Of a DNA stretch of 64,000 nt, positions 11,719 to 22,914 are shown one piece after another (positions within the stretch are counted from its first letter, which is position 1; every line of letters starts with the position of its first letter). The DNA is taken from contig RQSC01000518.1 of NCBI GenBank assembly GCA_013416795.1, forward strand, positions 72,510 to 136,509, in the 5' to 3' direction. Made by a program: the position numbers and the translations under genes. A model generated the notes under the pieces. It worked only from the letters and a program-made list of their open reading frames with translations, was not told the DNA's origin and ran no database searches. The stretch is from Prasinococcaceae sp. CCMP 1430 (Eukaryota; Plantae; Prasinodermophyta).

Positions 11719-12921
11719 ATGCAGGCTTCGAAGCAGGCCGCAGAAGCTCGCGCCCACGCGATGACATCGGCGACACGGTGTCAGCGGCGCGCGGCAGCGC
11801 CGCGGGGGCCGGCACAACGCACACGGTGGCGAACAGGCGCGGCGCGCGCCCGCGCCCAGGCGTGCGTGGGAGCGCAAGCGGGCGTTGGCGCGGGCAGGGG
11901 CGAGGACCCGAGCGTGGGTGCGTGCACCGGGGGAGGAGTGGAACCGTGCCCGAGCTCTGTGGGCAAGGCACAGGAGCCCGCAGCTGCGGAGCTCGCGATG
12001 ACGCGCGAGGCACTGGCGGACGGCGGGCACAAGACAGTGCTCACGGCGTATCGCACCTACGTCGATGCGCTGATCGCAGCTGCCGAGGTAGCGCCCAGCG
12101 GTCAGGTGGACTTGAGCTTCACGCCGCCGACGGAGCTCACTTGGGAGGTGCTGCTTACAGCAGGCATGGCAGGCCACCTGGAGGGTGTGCGTGCGGGGTA
12201 CAATGCGTACCTTGATGCAGCGGAGGCCGTGTGCACGGCGATGCATTTGGAGGCCTCAAGCGATGCCAGCAGCAGCACGTACACAGGAGGACCGCCGCCG
12301 GCTGCGGTCGCAGCGGAGATGGACTGCATCGACGAAGCGTGCGCCGCTGCGCTGGGCGCGGCGGGCGACGTGAGTCTCGCCATGCAGCGCACACAGATCA
12401 TGCTCGGTGCGGTGACGGAAGGCTCGCGGGCGCCGCTGTCTGCGCGCTTGCTCGTGTCCCTCGGGAAGAGCCTGCAGAGACACGCGGAAAGCGCGCGCGA
12501 GAATGCGCGCGGAGGTGGCACGGGGTTCGACATCCTCAAGAGTGGCAGGGGCATGGCTGCGGTAATGGGGTGCCTGTGCTGTCAGCCAGGCGCTCAGGGC
12601 GACGCGCTGCGGGCAGAGTTTGCGGCCTTACTGCGCGGCTGGGCTGAAGGGCCGGGCTTTGCTGGTGCGAAGGAATTCGGCGCGATAGAGGTGCTCGAAG
12701 GACTTCTAGACGCGTGTGGCGCCGCGCCACGCTTTGCGGTCGGCACGCGTGTCGTGTGCGAAGCTGGCGAACCGATGACCGGAACAGTCCTCGCGCACTG
12801 GTGGCGCCACCCGCAGTGGGATGCCCAGGACCCCGCAGCCGTATATCAGGTCGAGCTTGAGGGCAACGGCGAGCTTATCTTCGTGCCATTGGACCTCGAC
12901 AAGTGCATCCGGGCGGCGTAA
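11719..12921 (+). CDS. hypothetical protein with C-terminal small beta-barrel (SH3-like) module
   Basis: C-terminal PRFAVGTRVVC...GTVLAHWWR.P.W....AVYQVEL...LIFVP.D.D.CIRA resembles a module I recall from algal CobW/MYND proteins. Start uncertain (11719 or 11998). Confidence 0.65.
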   Translation: MQASKQAAEARAHAMTSATRCQRRAAAPRGPAQRTRWRTGAARARAQACVGAQAGVGAGRGEDPSVGACTGGGVEPCPSSVGKAQEPAAAELAMTREALADGGHKTVLTAYRTYVDALIAAAEVAPSGQVDLSFTPPTELTWEVLLTAGMAGHLEGVRAGYNAYLDAAEAVCTAMHLEASSDASSSTYTGGPPPAAVAAEMDCIDEACAAALGAAGDVSLAMQRTQIMLGAVTEGSRAPLSARLLVSLGKSLQRHAESARENARGGGTGFDILKSGRGMAAVMGCLCCQPGAQGDALRAEFAALLRGWAEGPGFAGAKEFGAIEVLEGLLDACGAAPRFAVGTRVVCEAGEPMTGTVLAHWWRHPQWDAQDPAAVYQVELEGNGELIFVPLDLDKCIRAA

Positions 12922-13205
12922 GGCCGAAAGTGCCTTCAGCGCAGCGCGCGCGCGCATTTTACGCTAAATTGCGAGGTCTGTGGCGCACGCACGGAGGCAG
13001 GGCTCTGCCGCCCGCTGCACGCTGCATCGCACTTAGGAGCCGCACGAGGATGCGTGCAAAGGGAGTGCGTGAGTACTTGCCACGTGCATTTATGGCGGGA
13101 GCAGGCTCGGGAGGGTTTGAATGGGGATACAGATAGCTGCTCTCTCTCTGCTTGCGCCAACAGGTCTGCTGCGATGGCAGCTGCCGCTACTGCCACGCGA
13201 AGCAG

Positions 13206-14030
13206 CTACTTCTTCTTCAGGAACTCCGATACCCAGTCTATTCCTGCGGACAGCCCCTCGCCGGTCAGCGCGTTCGACGCCACGATCTGCCAGGGTCTGT
13301 CCTTGATCTCGCTCAAGCCGAGAGCTTGCATAGTCTCAACTGCTGACAGCGAAGATGGGAGGTCTTGCTTGTTTGCAAAGAAGAGCACTGGCACGGGGGA
13401 CATCGCCTGGATGAGATCGTCGCGACACGAGTGCGCGCGTCAGCATCGCACCCTCGTGAAACATGCTTTGCTTGCTATCACAAGCGCAAGCGCGGCTGAT
13501 GCGTGTGAGTGACGGAGGCTGCGATGACTGGTCGTACACCTACCTTTGAGCTGAGCATCATCTCGAGCTCGTCCTTGGCGACCGCCATGCGCAGCTTGTC
13601 GGAAGTGTCCACCACGAAGATGACCGCCTGCGCGTCGCGGTAGTAGCGCTCCCACAGGTTGCGATAGCGGCCCGCGCCGGACATGTCGAAGACAGTAAAC
13701 GCGCACCCATTCTGCGCGGACGCGCCAGGCGTGCGCGGCAGCGAGCGGGAACGCGGCGTGAGCGCTTGGTTAGCTCTGGGAGTTTGCATCCCCCGCGCGT
13801 CTGCACGGGCGCCTCTGGTCGAAAGCCCGCGCACGCTTGCGTGCGAATCGCACCTTCTTGAACTCGTCGACAGTGAAGCCAACGGTGGGCACGACCTCGC
13901 TGACCTCCGCCCTCTTCGGCTTCAGTTTGTTGATTATTGTGGACTTGCCACTGTTGTCCAGGCCGACGACCAGCACGTTCACCTTCTTCGCGCCGCTGAA
14001 CGCCCCGAAGAGGCGCTTCCAGAAGCCCAT
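13206..14030 (-). CDS. ARL6: ARF-like GTPase 6 (BBS3), 3 exons: 14030-13854, 13711-13544, 13406-13206
   Basis: MG N-terminus, [19 protein letters not shown]6-type [36 protein letters not shown]. The spliced product is 181 aa. Confidence 0.9.
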
Positions 14031-14700
14031 GGCACGCGCGACGCCGCTCGACGCGCGAGGGCGCGCGCGCGCCACGGCCGCCTCCCCGGACTCGCACCGA
14101 TCCCTCGGCCACCCAGTAGACGAGGCCGGGCCCCTCCCACTACGCTGCGCACCGCGCGCGCTGTGCCCTCGCCCCTCTCACCCTCAAGCGGCCCCCCTTC
14201 CCCGCGGCGCAGCTCGCCGGGCGCGAACACCGCGGGGGCGGTCCGGGGGCGCGGCCCCGAACCCGACCGCGCCCCGAATTTCGTCACCGCCCCGCACGTC
14301 GCGAACATACAAATGTTACTTGGTGGGCACGGCGATGTCAGAATTCGTCCGTGTTCCCCGTGCTTTTTCTTCTTCTGCGTCATCCCCCGCTCCAGCGGTT
14401 CCCCCAGCCAGCAAGCACCGCCCCCCGGTCCCACCCCGCGGCGTCAAGCAGCCCCGTCAGCCTCGGCTCGCCAGCCCCGTTTCCGTTGTTGGTTTGGTGC
14501 GGGGGGGAAAGGTCTCGGTCGAGGCGCCCGCCCGCTTTCGTTTTGATGTGATGGCTGGCAAAAGTTTTAGTTTTTGCACCGCGGCTGAGCCGACGCCCCC
14601 CCCCAACGGGCAGGAATACAGTATGTTGCGGCGGGAGCTCCCGCTCCGCCCGGATGGTGCTGTGCGAGTTTGGTGCCCATCCGCTGCGCCACTGTGGGGC

Positions 14701-16071
14701 ATGGGGGCGGCGACGGCGGTGACCGTGCAGGGAGCCGCTGCGGCCTCTGCTGGCAGGGGTGGTGGCGGCGGCGGCGGGTACCGCCGAAGAGTGGGCGGTG
14801 CTCGGAGCGCTTGCCACACGCACCGCGCGTGCGCGCGGGCGGAAGCGGCGCTTGAGGCACTCGCGGCGGCGGCGGCGGCGGCGGCCGGCGGGCGCGGCCT
14901 GCACGTCGCACGCATCGCATGGGCGCCCCTACGCGCCCCCCTTCTCGCGCCGTTCAGCATCGCGTCGACCACGCTCTGCAACCTGGACAACGTTGCGGTG
15001 CGCGTCGAGCTGAGCGATGGTAGTGTGGGTCACGGGGAGTGTGCGTGCCTGCCGCCGGTGACCACCGAGGACGCCGCGCGCGCGGCGAGCGGCGCTGAGG
15101 CTGCGGCCGCAGCGCTAGCTGGCTGCAGCGTCGCGAACTGGCAGGAGCTGTCGCGCCGGCTGGCTACTGTGCTACCCTCGCATAATTTTGCCTCGACGCG
15201 CGCCGGCGTCGAGGTTGCGCTCCTTGATGCTCTTGCGCACGCAGCGCGCACACCACTGCACGCGGCGTTTGGGGGGCGCGAGCCACGGCTGCGCACAGAC
15301 ATCACCGTGCCAATCTGCGTGCCATCTGAGGCCGAAGCGCTCGCGAGGGCGTACGCGGCGCGTGGATTCGACACACTGAAAACAAAGACAGGCGGCGCGG
15401 ACGGCGGCGGAGACGAGGCTGCGGACGCTACAGGCGGCGTGCGTGCCGACGTCGAGCGCATGCTCGCCATAGTGAGGGGCGCACCCGACGCACGGCTGGT
15501 CGTCGATGCGAATTGTGGCTACAGCGGTCGTCAAACGGAGGAGTTCCTGGCGAGCCTGGACGCCGAAGGAATCGTGCTTGAAGTGCTCGAGCAGCCCACA
15601 GCACGAGACGACTGGGATGCTCTTGCCGCCGCGCGCCTATCCTGTGAGCGTCGGGGTATCAAGCTCGCCGTGGATGAGCAGGTGCGGGACTACGAGGACG
15701 CGCGGCGAGTCATCGAGGGCCGTCTCGCTGACGTGATAAACATCAAGCTCGCGAAAAGTGGCGTCGGTGAGGCGATGCGTATCGCTGAGCTTGCGAAGAG
15801 GAAAAAGGTGGGACTCATGCTCGGGGGCATGGTTGAAACCCGCCTCCAAATGGGCTTCGGTGCCTGTTTGGCTTCAGGGCTGGGGGGCTTTGACTGGGTC
15901 GATCTGGACACGCCGCTCCTGCTTGCGCAAGACCCCATTGCGCCGGGAGGCATCGCCCCGCCTACGAACGCATTGTATGACCTGACGCAGTATGACGGGC
16001 ATGGACATGGCATGGTCCCGCTCGCCTTCGGCGGCGTGCCCGCCATTGGGCGCGCGGGGCGAGCCAGCTAG
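14701..16071 (+). CDS. L-Ala-D/L-Glu epimerase family (enolase superfamily), probable plastid transit peptide
   Basis: L.APFSIA...NVAVRVEL.DG.VG.GE, TDITVP, TLKTK, VDANCGY, EQP, DE, NIKLAKSG, LMLGGMVET, DLDTPLLL. Ala/Arg/Gly-rich N-terminus; start uncertain. Confidence 0.88.
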   Translation: MGAATAVTVQGAAAASAGRGGGGGGGYRRRVGGARSACHTHRACARAEAALEALAAAAAAAAGGRGLHVARIAWAPLRAPLLAPFSIASTTLCNLDNVAVRVELSDGSVGHGECACLPPVTTEDAARAASGAEAAAAALAGCSVANWQELSRRLATVLPSHNFASTRAGVEVALLDALAHAARTPLHAAFGGREPRLRTDITVPICVPSEAEALARAYAARGFDTLKTKTGGADGGGDEAADATGGVRADVERMLAIVRGAPDARLVVDANCGYSGRQTEEFLASLDAEGIVLEVLEQPTARDDWDALAAARLSCERRGIKLAVDEQVRDYEDARRVIEGRLADVINIKLAKSGVGEAMRIAELAKRKKVGLMLGGMVETRLQMGFGACLASGLGGFDWVDLDTPLLLAQDPIAPGGIAPPTNALYDLTQYDGHGHGMVPLAFGGVPAIGRAGRAS

Positions 16072-16116
16072 GCTTGTACAGTATTATGAATAATTAAAAA
16101 ATGCGAGGGCTCGTCG

Positions 16117-18316
16117 TCATGCGAGCATCTCGGTCTTGTACTGCCTGTACTCGTCGAGCGATGTCTGCGCGTAGCGCGTGGCGAAGACAGCATCTGTGAC
16201 GGACAGCGCCGTCATCGGGAAGGGATGTTGGCAGCGTCCGAGGGCGCTCATGAAAGAGTGCCTCGGGATGATGCGTCCATTCTGGCGGTCCACACATGGC
16301 ACGCGAGCGCTCGGGTCAGCGCAGGCGTGTGTGTCCGTCGCGCGTCGCTCTCTCCGAGGCGCGTGACTGCCAGCGTGAGTGCGCTTGCGACAAGTGAGGA
16401 ACGCGCGCGGAACGCACCAGGCTCAGGGAGAAGTACGTGGGAAACGAGGCGGCTGTCGCCGCGCTGCCACCAATATCGCCCTCAAGGTACTCATACTTTG
16501 GCCGAAGGTTTCGATTGACGTCGAGCCCGAGAACCTGTGGCAGTCCTGTGACTGTGCGGATGACCATGTCATTGTCCATACCGATCTCACGCAGGAACGC
16601 TGTCTTTGGCTCCATGGAGGACACGCTGTAGCGCAGCACTTGCGGGTGTCGCTCGACCATGTAGCCGACGTCCCCGCGGTCGAGGCCGAGATCCTCGTAG
16701 AACAGCAGGCGCTCGAAGACGCCCTCAGCTTCGATGTTGCGCGTGAGCACTGCGGGGTCGCGTGCGATCACCCTGCCCGTATACGACGAGTCGACGCCGA
16801 TCACCTCGCAAAGGAAGCGCGTCTTCTGTTTGAGGCCCTCCAGTGACTGGCCCATCACGCTGGGCGCCTGCGTGAGCACCTTCGCGAGGTCCTCCTCAGC
16901 CACGCCCGCTCCTTCTTTAAGAAACTCGAGTTTTTTCAGCAGGCGGCCGCGCTTGTACGTCACAGTGGCGGGGAACTTGCAGAGCACGCGCGCAAAGTCC
17001 TCACGGCTGAGCCCGGCCACGTCCTGGAGGAACCTCTGCCGCGCCTCGATCTTCTCGGGCCGACCCTTGACAAAGACCTCATCTCGCGCCTCGGCGAGGC
17101 AGCCGAGATCCCTTGGGCTGAGGCCCAGCGAGGTCAGATACGCTATCATGGGCCGGAACTCCACGTATCCCTCGAGAACGGGAGCTGCCTGCACGATGTC
17201 GTCGAACGCGTCCTCCGACAGCGAGGGGATGATGCCCATTTCCATGAGCGCCCAGTCTTTCTTGAGGCGCCACCGCCCCTGCTGGGACTGCCAGGCGACG
17301 GCGCGCCGCCCCTCCTGGCGCTGCCGCCGAGCTTCACTGCTCTCCCATCGCCGCTCCTCTTCCCGATGCCGCCATGGGTCTGGCTCTCCGCGCGACTGAC
17401 GCGGCGGTGTCACCTGCCCGGGTACCTCCTTGGGTGGCGCCAGCGTTGGGACCGATGCTGAATCCGCTCCGTCCTCTCCACGGGCCATTCGTTTGCTGCT
17501 GCCTCCGCTGCTCTCCGCACGAGGCGCCGCGCCGCCTCCCGTGGCGGCGTCGCCACCCCATGCGGCCAGGATGGCGTCGCGCTCCTCCTCGAGCCCACGC
17601 TGCATAGCCGCGCGCTCGGCCTCGTGCGCATCCTCGGCGCTCGGCTCGAACCGCAGCGGAGGGGCCGTCTTCGCTGTGCTGCTCTCGTCGACTGCGCGCT
17701 GCTCCCAGCGGCTCTGCAAGCCTAGCGCGAGATCACTGAGGTCATCTTCGTCGGACACCTCTTCATCCTCGTCAACGACGAGAATGTGATCGTCGTCGTC
17801 GTAGTCCTCGTTGCCCCAGTCGTCCTCATCCTCGTCGGCGACTGGCGCGAGTGACGACCGGCGCGACATGAAAGCGAGCGCGGCTGCGTCGCCGTCGAGT
17901 TCCTCGTCGTCCTCCCACTCGCCCCATGCCGCGGCGGCAGCCGCGCGGCGAGACGGCTGCTTCGCACCCCTACCCCGCCCGGCACCCATCCGGCCTTGGT
18001 CACCTTTCGTGGGCCCGCCATCCGCGCCGGTGTTGCTCGGCTGGGGCTCGGCGCTCTTGCGCTCGGCCTCAGCAGACTCGATGCCGTCGAGGGCGCTCAA
18101 AAGCGAATCCCAGCCACCATCTTGTGACTCGTCTGCGGCGCCTGCCGCCGTCAAGCGCAGCCTTCGCACTCGCCCCGACGGAGCTGGCGGTGGCCGCCAC
18201 CTGCCAAGCAAATGCAGAGGCCTCTGTTCCGCGCGTGGAACGGCATGCCCTGACCACCGCCTGCCCCCGCCGCGAGCGCGTCCCACCACCGCGCTCGCGG
18301 CCGCAGCGCATCCCAT
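16117..18316 (-). CDS. mTERF family protein (organellar), 2 exons: 18316-16418, 16281-16117
   Basis: Repeated mTERF units (RHPQVLRYSV..MEPK..FLREIG; LPQVLGLDV..NLRPK.EYL; FPTYFSLSL-NGRIIPRH). GT-AG intron at 16417-16282. Transit-peptide-like N-terminus. Confidence 0.87.
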
Positions 18317-18890
18317 GGCTTGCTGGTCGCAGCGTGCCTATGCGTCCTCCCCGGCCTGCAACCTCCCCCACCTTCCCAGCCGGCCACCCACCCGCCCACC
18401 TCAGCCCCTACCCCTCACCCTACCCCACCTTCACACCCTCCCGCCTCAGTCTGCCCCCGCCCCCTGGCGGGCACTGCGTGCGTCTATGCCCTCCGTGTTC
18501 GGCGCTCTCTCTCTTCTTCACCTCGACCTCTCGCCGCTCGGCGCAGCCGTGGCTGCACTATGCCGCTTCGCGTGGCGTACGGTCTACCCCCCCCTGTGCG
18601 GGCTCGCACAGAGGGGCTGCGCTGCACCCCGCCGTGCCGCGCGACGGCGCGCGCGCTCTGCCTCGCCCAGCGGCGCGCGTCGCTCAAGACGCCAGCCTGC
18701 GCCAGCTGCCGTCGTACAATTCGGTGAGGCCGTACTCGCCACGCGCAGTGGGAGGGCCGGGCGCGGCGGTCGCGTCTGCGGTGCCCAGGGCTCGCCACGC
18801 GCGCGCCGCGGCCTCAGGGCCTTTCAGGGTTTACGTGAGATAGGGTTTTTGGGTTACGTAGGGTTTATTTATGATCATGGCCGCGGGCGC

Positions 18891-19829
18891 TCAGACGAGC
18901 GCGACGGTGTCGCTCTCGTCGGCGAGCTCCTCGTGCTCCTCGTCGAGGAATCCGTCAGAGGCGAGGTAGGCGGCGTCCTCATCGCCGTCGTCATCGTCTA
19001 CATCTGCCTCTCCGCCGACCCCAAAGCCGACACGTAGCGCTCGTAGCCTCCTGTCGAGCGGGTCGTCGTACATGCCCGCCTCGGCGTCGGCGAGCCGCTG
19101 GTGCTCATAGGAAAGCGCAGCGGCGGCGCGCGCCGCGCGCTCGGCAGTGCTCATGCCCTCCATGAGTGAGCCGCCAGATAATCGAGTGCCCTGCTCGCCC
19201 GAAACCGCCCTATCACGTGCGCTCCCTACCCCTCCAAGCATGCGCGTGCGCACGCGCACAGCCCCCTTGGTGCGCAGCACGACATCGCATTTGCCACTGG
19301 CGGGATCCTCCTCGACGCTCAGCACGGCGGATGCCGCGCGCTCCATGGTCGCGGCCTCGGCAGGCGAGAGCAGCGCTCGGTCCATGGCACCGACCACCGT
19401 TGCGCCCCTTCCGGCAGCAGCTGTGCAGGCGGCGGCGGCAGGCCCTGCCCCTCCGAACGCGATGCAAAGCGCGCCGAGTGAGCCAACAAGGGCGACATCG
19501 CCGGCGCCAAGAGCATCGAGCGTGGCGCTGACGGTTTCTGCTGGGTCTGCAGGTGTGCGAATATCAGGCAGCCCGAAAGCGACGCGCAGCACCGCCGCTG
19601 GTGCAGCACCCGTGCACACTGCAAGGGGCGGTAAGCCGCTGCTGCTGTCGCTGCACACTCCACTGCCTTTGTGGTCGCCGCCACCGCCATTGCCATCCAC
19701 ACAGCTGCCGCGCCACACGCCCAGTGTGTGCAGTGCGTCGGCCGCCGCTCTGGATGCGGCCACGCCGCCGCGCGGTGCGACAATCATGAAGCCGCCGCTG
19801 CCATCGCTGCGTCCCTCCACCGCGGCCAT
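18891..19829 (-). CDS. putative Elongator subunit ELP5-like protein
   Basis: 312 aa. C-terminal MSTAERAARAAAALSYEHQ followed by an acidic tail resembles the plant ELP5 motif LSEKE...R.KV.LPFEHQ plus D-rich tail. The rest is divergent. Confidence 0.5.
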   Translation of the reverse strand: MAAVEGRSDGSGGFMIVAPRGGVAASRAAADALHTLGVWRGSCVDGNGGGGDHKGSGVCSDSSSGLPPLAVCTGAAPAAVLRVAFGLPDIRTPADPAETVSATLDALGAGDVALVGSLGALCIAFGGAGPAAAACTAAAGRGATVVGAMDRALLSPAEAATMERAASAVLSVEEDPASGKCDVVLRTKGAVRVRTRMLGGVGSARDRAVSGEQGTRLSGGSLMEGMSTAERAARAAAALSYEHQRLADAEAGMYDDPLDRRLRALRVGFGVGGEADVDDDDGDEDAAYLASDGFLDEEHEELADESDTVALV

Positions 19830-19974
19830 CGTTGGGCACGCACCTTGTGCGCCTGCGCAGCTGCGGCGCTGCGTGTTTGGCGCTGCGCTGCTCGCGCCCC
19901 CTGTGGCTAGGACGAGTGCGCCGTGCCCTTGTGGCGCGCGTTCGCGTGCAAAAAAAGGGGGTTTTGGTTTATGT

Positions 19975-19983
19975 TTAGGGTTT
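19975..19983 (-). promoter_or_regulatory. telo-box upstream of ELP5-like gene
   Basis: TTAGGGTTT on + strand, 15 nt past the DDX51 stop and about 146 nt before the next ATG. Confidence 0.5.
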
Positions 19984-19998
19984 CGATCCTATGCCACC

Positions 19999-22296
19999 TC
20001 AAGCCGTTCCAGCCTTGAGCCGTTTTGGGGCACGCTTGTCCGTGGCCACTTCGCTGTCAAGCGCGCCCTTGAGTTCCCCGAGCGCCGCAGCGTAGGTGAC
20101 GCGTAGGTCGTCGCGCTCGTCGTCCTCATCACCATTGTCGCAGCCGCTGCCGCCGGCAGCGTCCCGCTCCCGCGCGGCACTCTCGCCCCCACCTATGACG
20201 GTGTCCCCTGCCGCGTCACCCCCGGCCTTGTCAGCCTCGGGGGCTCCGTCGCCCGCGACTCTCTTGGCACGCACCCCCTGGCTGTCCTCTATCCGAAGGT
20301 AGAAGGTCTGCGATACGCAGCCCAACTTCGAGAGCATGCGCTTGAAGTGGAACTGCTCCTGCTGCTCCAGCAGTGAGAAGGCCGCGCCACGCGCACCGTT
20401 ACGAGCAGTGCGGCCTACGCGGTGCACGTACGTCTTGGCATGGGCTGGCGCGTTGTAGTTGACCACCACGCCCACCCCCGACACATCGAGGCCACGCGTG
20501 GCAGCATCAGAGGCAATCAGACAGCCCACTTCGCGCCGGCGGAAGCTTCGTAGCGCTGCTGCGCGCTCGCGCTGACTGAGGCGCGAGGAATACTCGGCCG
20601 CGCGCAGCTCGGGCCGCGCGCGGGCCATGAGCGCGAGGAGCACCGTCAATCGGTGCGCCATTTCCACGCTTGAGACGAACACAATGGTCTGTGCGGTTGC
20701 GTCGCAGCCCGCAACATAGCTCAGCAGCCTCGCGAGTACCAGCGGGCGCTCGCCCGCACGGGCCTCAACGCGCCAATGCTCGAGCAGCGGCGGCAGCGTG
20801 TGCCTTCGACGCGCGGCCTCCTCCGCTTCGGCGGCCTCCTCGGCGACCTCATCCCCCGCTGCCGCGGCAGCTGTGTTCGCTGCTGCGCCCGTGCCCTCGC
20901 CACCATCTTCCTCGACTGCGCGCGGCTCCTCGCCACCGTCAGAATCGGCATCCTCGCCCTCGTGCAGCCTGTTGTAGTCCAGCTCCATGGCTTCATCGAC
21001 GCTACGTGCGGGCTCGGACTCAGGCTCGGCCGCATCCGCTTCAACCTCGCCACGCTCAGCCTCGGCAGCCTTGACGAGCACGGCAGCGGCGAGCGGAGTC
21101 GCGTTCACGGTGACGTGCATTGGTTGTCTCAGGTCGAGCCGCGCGAGCTTAGAGGCGTCGCGCGAGATTGTGGCCGACAGCAGCAGCTTGCGCACGCCCG
21201 GATCAGCGCCTCGGCAGCCGACCTGAGGAGCGGGGCGTGCGGCAGCCATGGCGAGCGCACGCCCAACGGCTGGTGCGAACTCATTGTACTGCTGCCGTAG
21301 CATGCGGTCCGCCTCGTCCACCACAAGGTAGCGCAAATGCGCCACGGACAGCGTGCCGCGCGAGAGGTGCAGCATGAGGCGCCCGGGGGTCGCCACGACC
21401 ACATCGCACGAGGCTTCTTCCACCGCGCTGCCCGATTCCCCAGGGCCGCCAGCACAAGCCCCGGCGCGCACCATCCACGTGGGCCTGCGTGTCGACGAGA
21501 TGGCACTCGTCTCGTCGTCAAAGGGCGTCGCACCAGCGGCGAGCGCAGCGGTGAGACCACGCGCGCCAAGTACGGCCTCAGCGACGGCGTGCACCTGCGC
21601 TGCGAGGTCGCGCGTGGGCACGATCACGAGCGCGCGCACTGCAACTACGCGACGGCCGGTGAGCGCCTCGGCCAACGGCAGCAGGTACGCAAGCGTCTTG
21701 CCCGTGCCTGTCGGCGCCGAGACTAGGAGATCGCGAGAGTGCGGCGTCGAGCGGAATGCGGCTCGCACCGCCGCTTGGATTGGCGTCAACCGTGCAAATC
21801 CCAGCGCATGCAGCTCCGCGGGTGCAGGAGGGGAGGCGTCATCCACGGCCACCCCTGCCTCGCCGCGCGCTCGCGCGCTGGCGGTACTCCCAGCCTCGAG
21901 CTCGGACCGGCGCTCCGGTGCAAAGTACGGCAGCAGCCGGGGCGGGCCCGTGCCGTCACCAGCGGCGCGCTCCTCGCGGCGTTTGCGACGCGCCGCGGCA
22001 CGCGGATCCTCCGGCGGCTCCACACCCGGTGGGTACCACAGCGCCTCGCGGCGCGCTTGCTTGATCAGCTCACGCAGGAGTTGGCGCGTGGGTGGTCGCG
22101 CGCGCTTTGATGGCCGGGCGGCGGTCGCTCCCGTGCATAGCTGGCGCCGTAGCGCGGTTGTGGCCGCTGCGGCACCTCCATCACCACCCTCGGCCGCGGC
22201 GGCCGCCGCGCGCAGCCGTGCGGCTGCGAGACGCTCCGCGAGGTGGCGCGCCCCGTCTGACGATGGCGCCGCCGAGAACCGAGGCACCTCGAACAT
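19999..22296 (-). CDS. DDX51: DEAD-box RNA helicase, DDX51/Dbp6 (plant RH1) type
   Basis: Q motif TPIQ, SAPTGTGKTLAY, PTRDLA, TPGRL, DEADR, SAT, SDAATRGLD, HRVGRTAR. The KLLLSAT...SKL..LDL..P segment fits the Dbp6 subfamily. Confidence 0.9.
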   Translation of the reverse strand: MFEVPRFSAAPSSDGARHLAERLAAARLRAAAAAAEGGDGGAAAATTALRRQLCTGATAARPSKRARPPTRQLLRELIKQARREALWYPPGVEPPEDPRAAARRKRREERAAGDGTGPPRLLPYFAPERRSELEAGSTASARARGEAGVAVDDASPPAPAELHALGFARLTPIQAAVRAAFRSTPHSRDLLVSAPTGTGKTLAYLLPLAEALTGRRVVAVRALVIVPTRDLAAQVHAVAEAVLGARGLTAALAAGATPFDDETSAISSTRRPTWMVRAGACAGGPGESGSAVEEASCDVVVATPGRLMLHLSRGTLSVAHLRYLVVDEADRMLRQQYNEFAPAVGRALAMAAARPAPQVGCRGADPGVRKLLLSATISRDASKLARLDLRQPMHVTVNATPLAAAVLVKAAEAERGEVEADAAEPESEPARSVDEAMELDYNRLHEGEDADSDGGEEPRAVEEDGGEGTGAAANTAAAAAGDEVAEEAAEAEEAARRRHTLPPLLEHWRVEARAGERPLVLARLLSYVAGCDATAQTIVFVSSVEMAHRLTVLLALMARARPELRAAEYSSRLSQRERAAALRSFRRREVGCLIASDAATRGLDVSGVGVVVNYNAPAHAKTYVHRVGRTARNGARGAAFSLLEQQEQFHFKRMLSKLGCVSQTFYLRIEDSQGVRAKRVAGDGAPEADKAGGDAAGDTVIGGGESAARERDAAGGSGCDNGDEDDERDDLRVTYAAALGELKGALDSEVATDKRAPKRLKAGTA

Positions 22297-22914
22297 CCCA
22301 CACCCGCCAGCTCACCCGCCTCGTTTCCCGAGGCGACCCTACCCACCCCGCCCTCCCACACGCACGCACTCTGCACCTTCTCGCTCTGTCGCGGAGCACC
22401 AGGCGTCCCGAGGCTCGCGCGCGGCGGCGCCTCACGCGCACATGCCGCGCGCGCGCACAGTGCCGCGCCGGCCCGCTCCGGCGGGTGCCTGGCTGCCCTC
22501 CCCCCCTGCCCTTCTTACCCCGCCCCTCCTCATCGCCGAGCCCGGGGTGCCTGCTTGCGCTCGCGCAGGCTCACCCCTGCTCGCAGTCGCGGCACCCAAG
22601 CTCCCCCCGATGGCACCGTCGCGCCGACCCGCGCGGCCCGCTGCCGCGCGGCGTGGCGCGGCGGGAGGGGTGGGGGTGGGGGTGGGGCACCTGCCGGAGA
22701 GCGCATGTCCCCGCGGTGGTGCGATAGCTGATGGGGGTGGCGACCTCCAGCACCGGCGGGCGAACGTGCCCAGCGCCCGGCACGCCCCGCCGCGTCGGGT
22801 CGCCACAGAGCGCCTGCTGCGCGCGCTTGGCGAACGGGCGGGCAGGCACACCTGGGCGTTTAGGGGGAGAGAAGAGGGCAGGGGGGTGGGCGGGAAGGAC
22901 AGCGCAAGGTGGAG

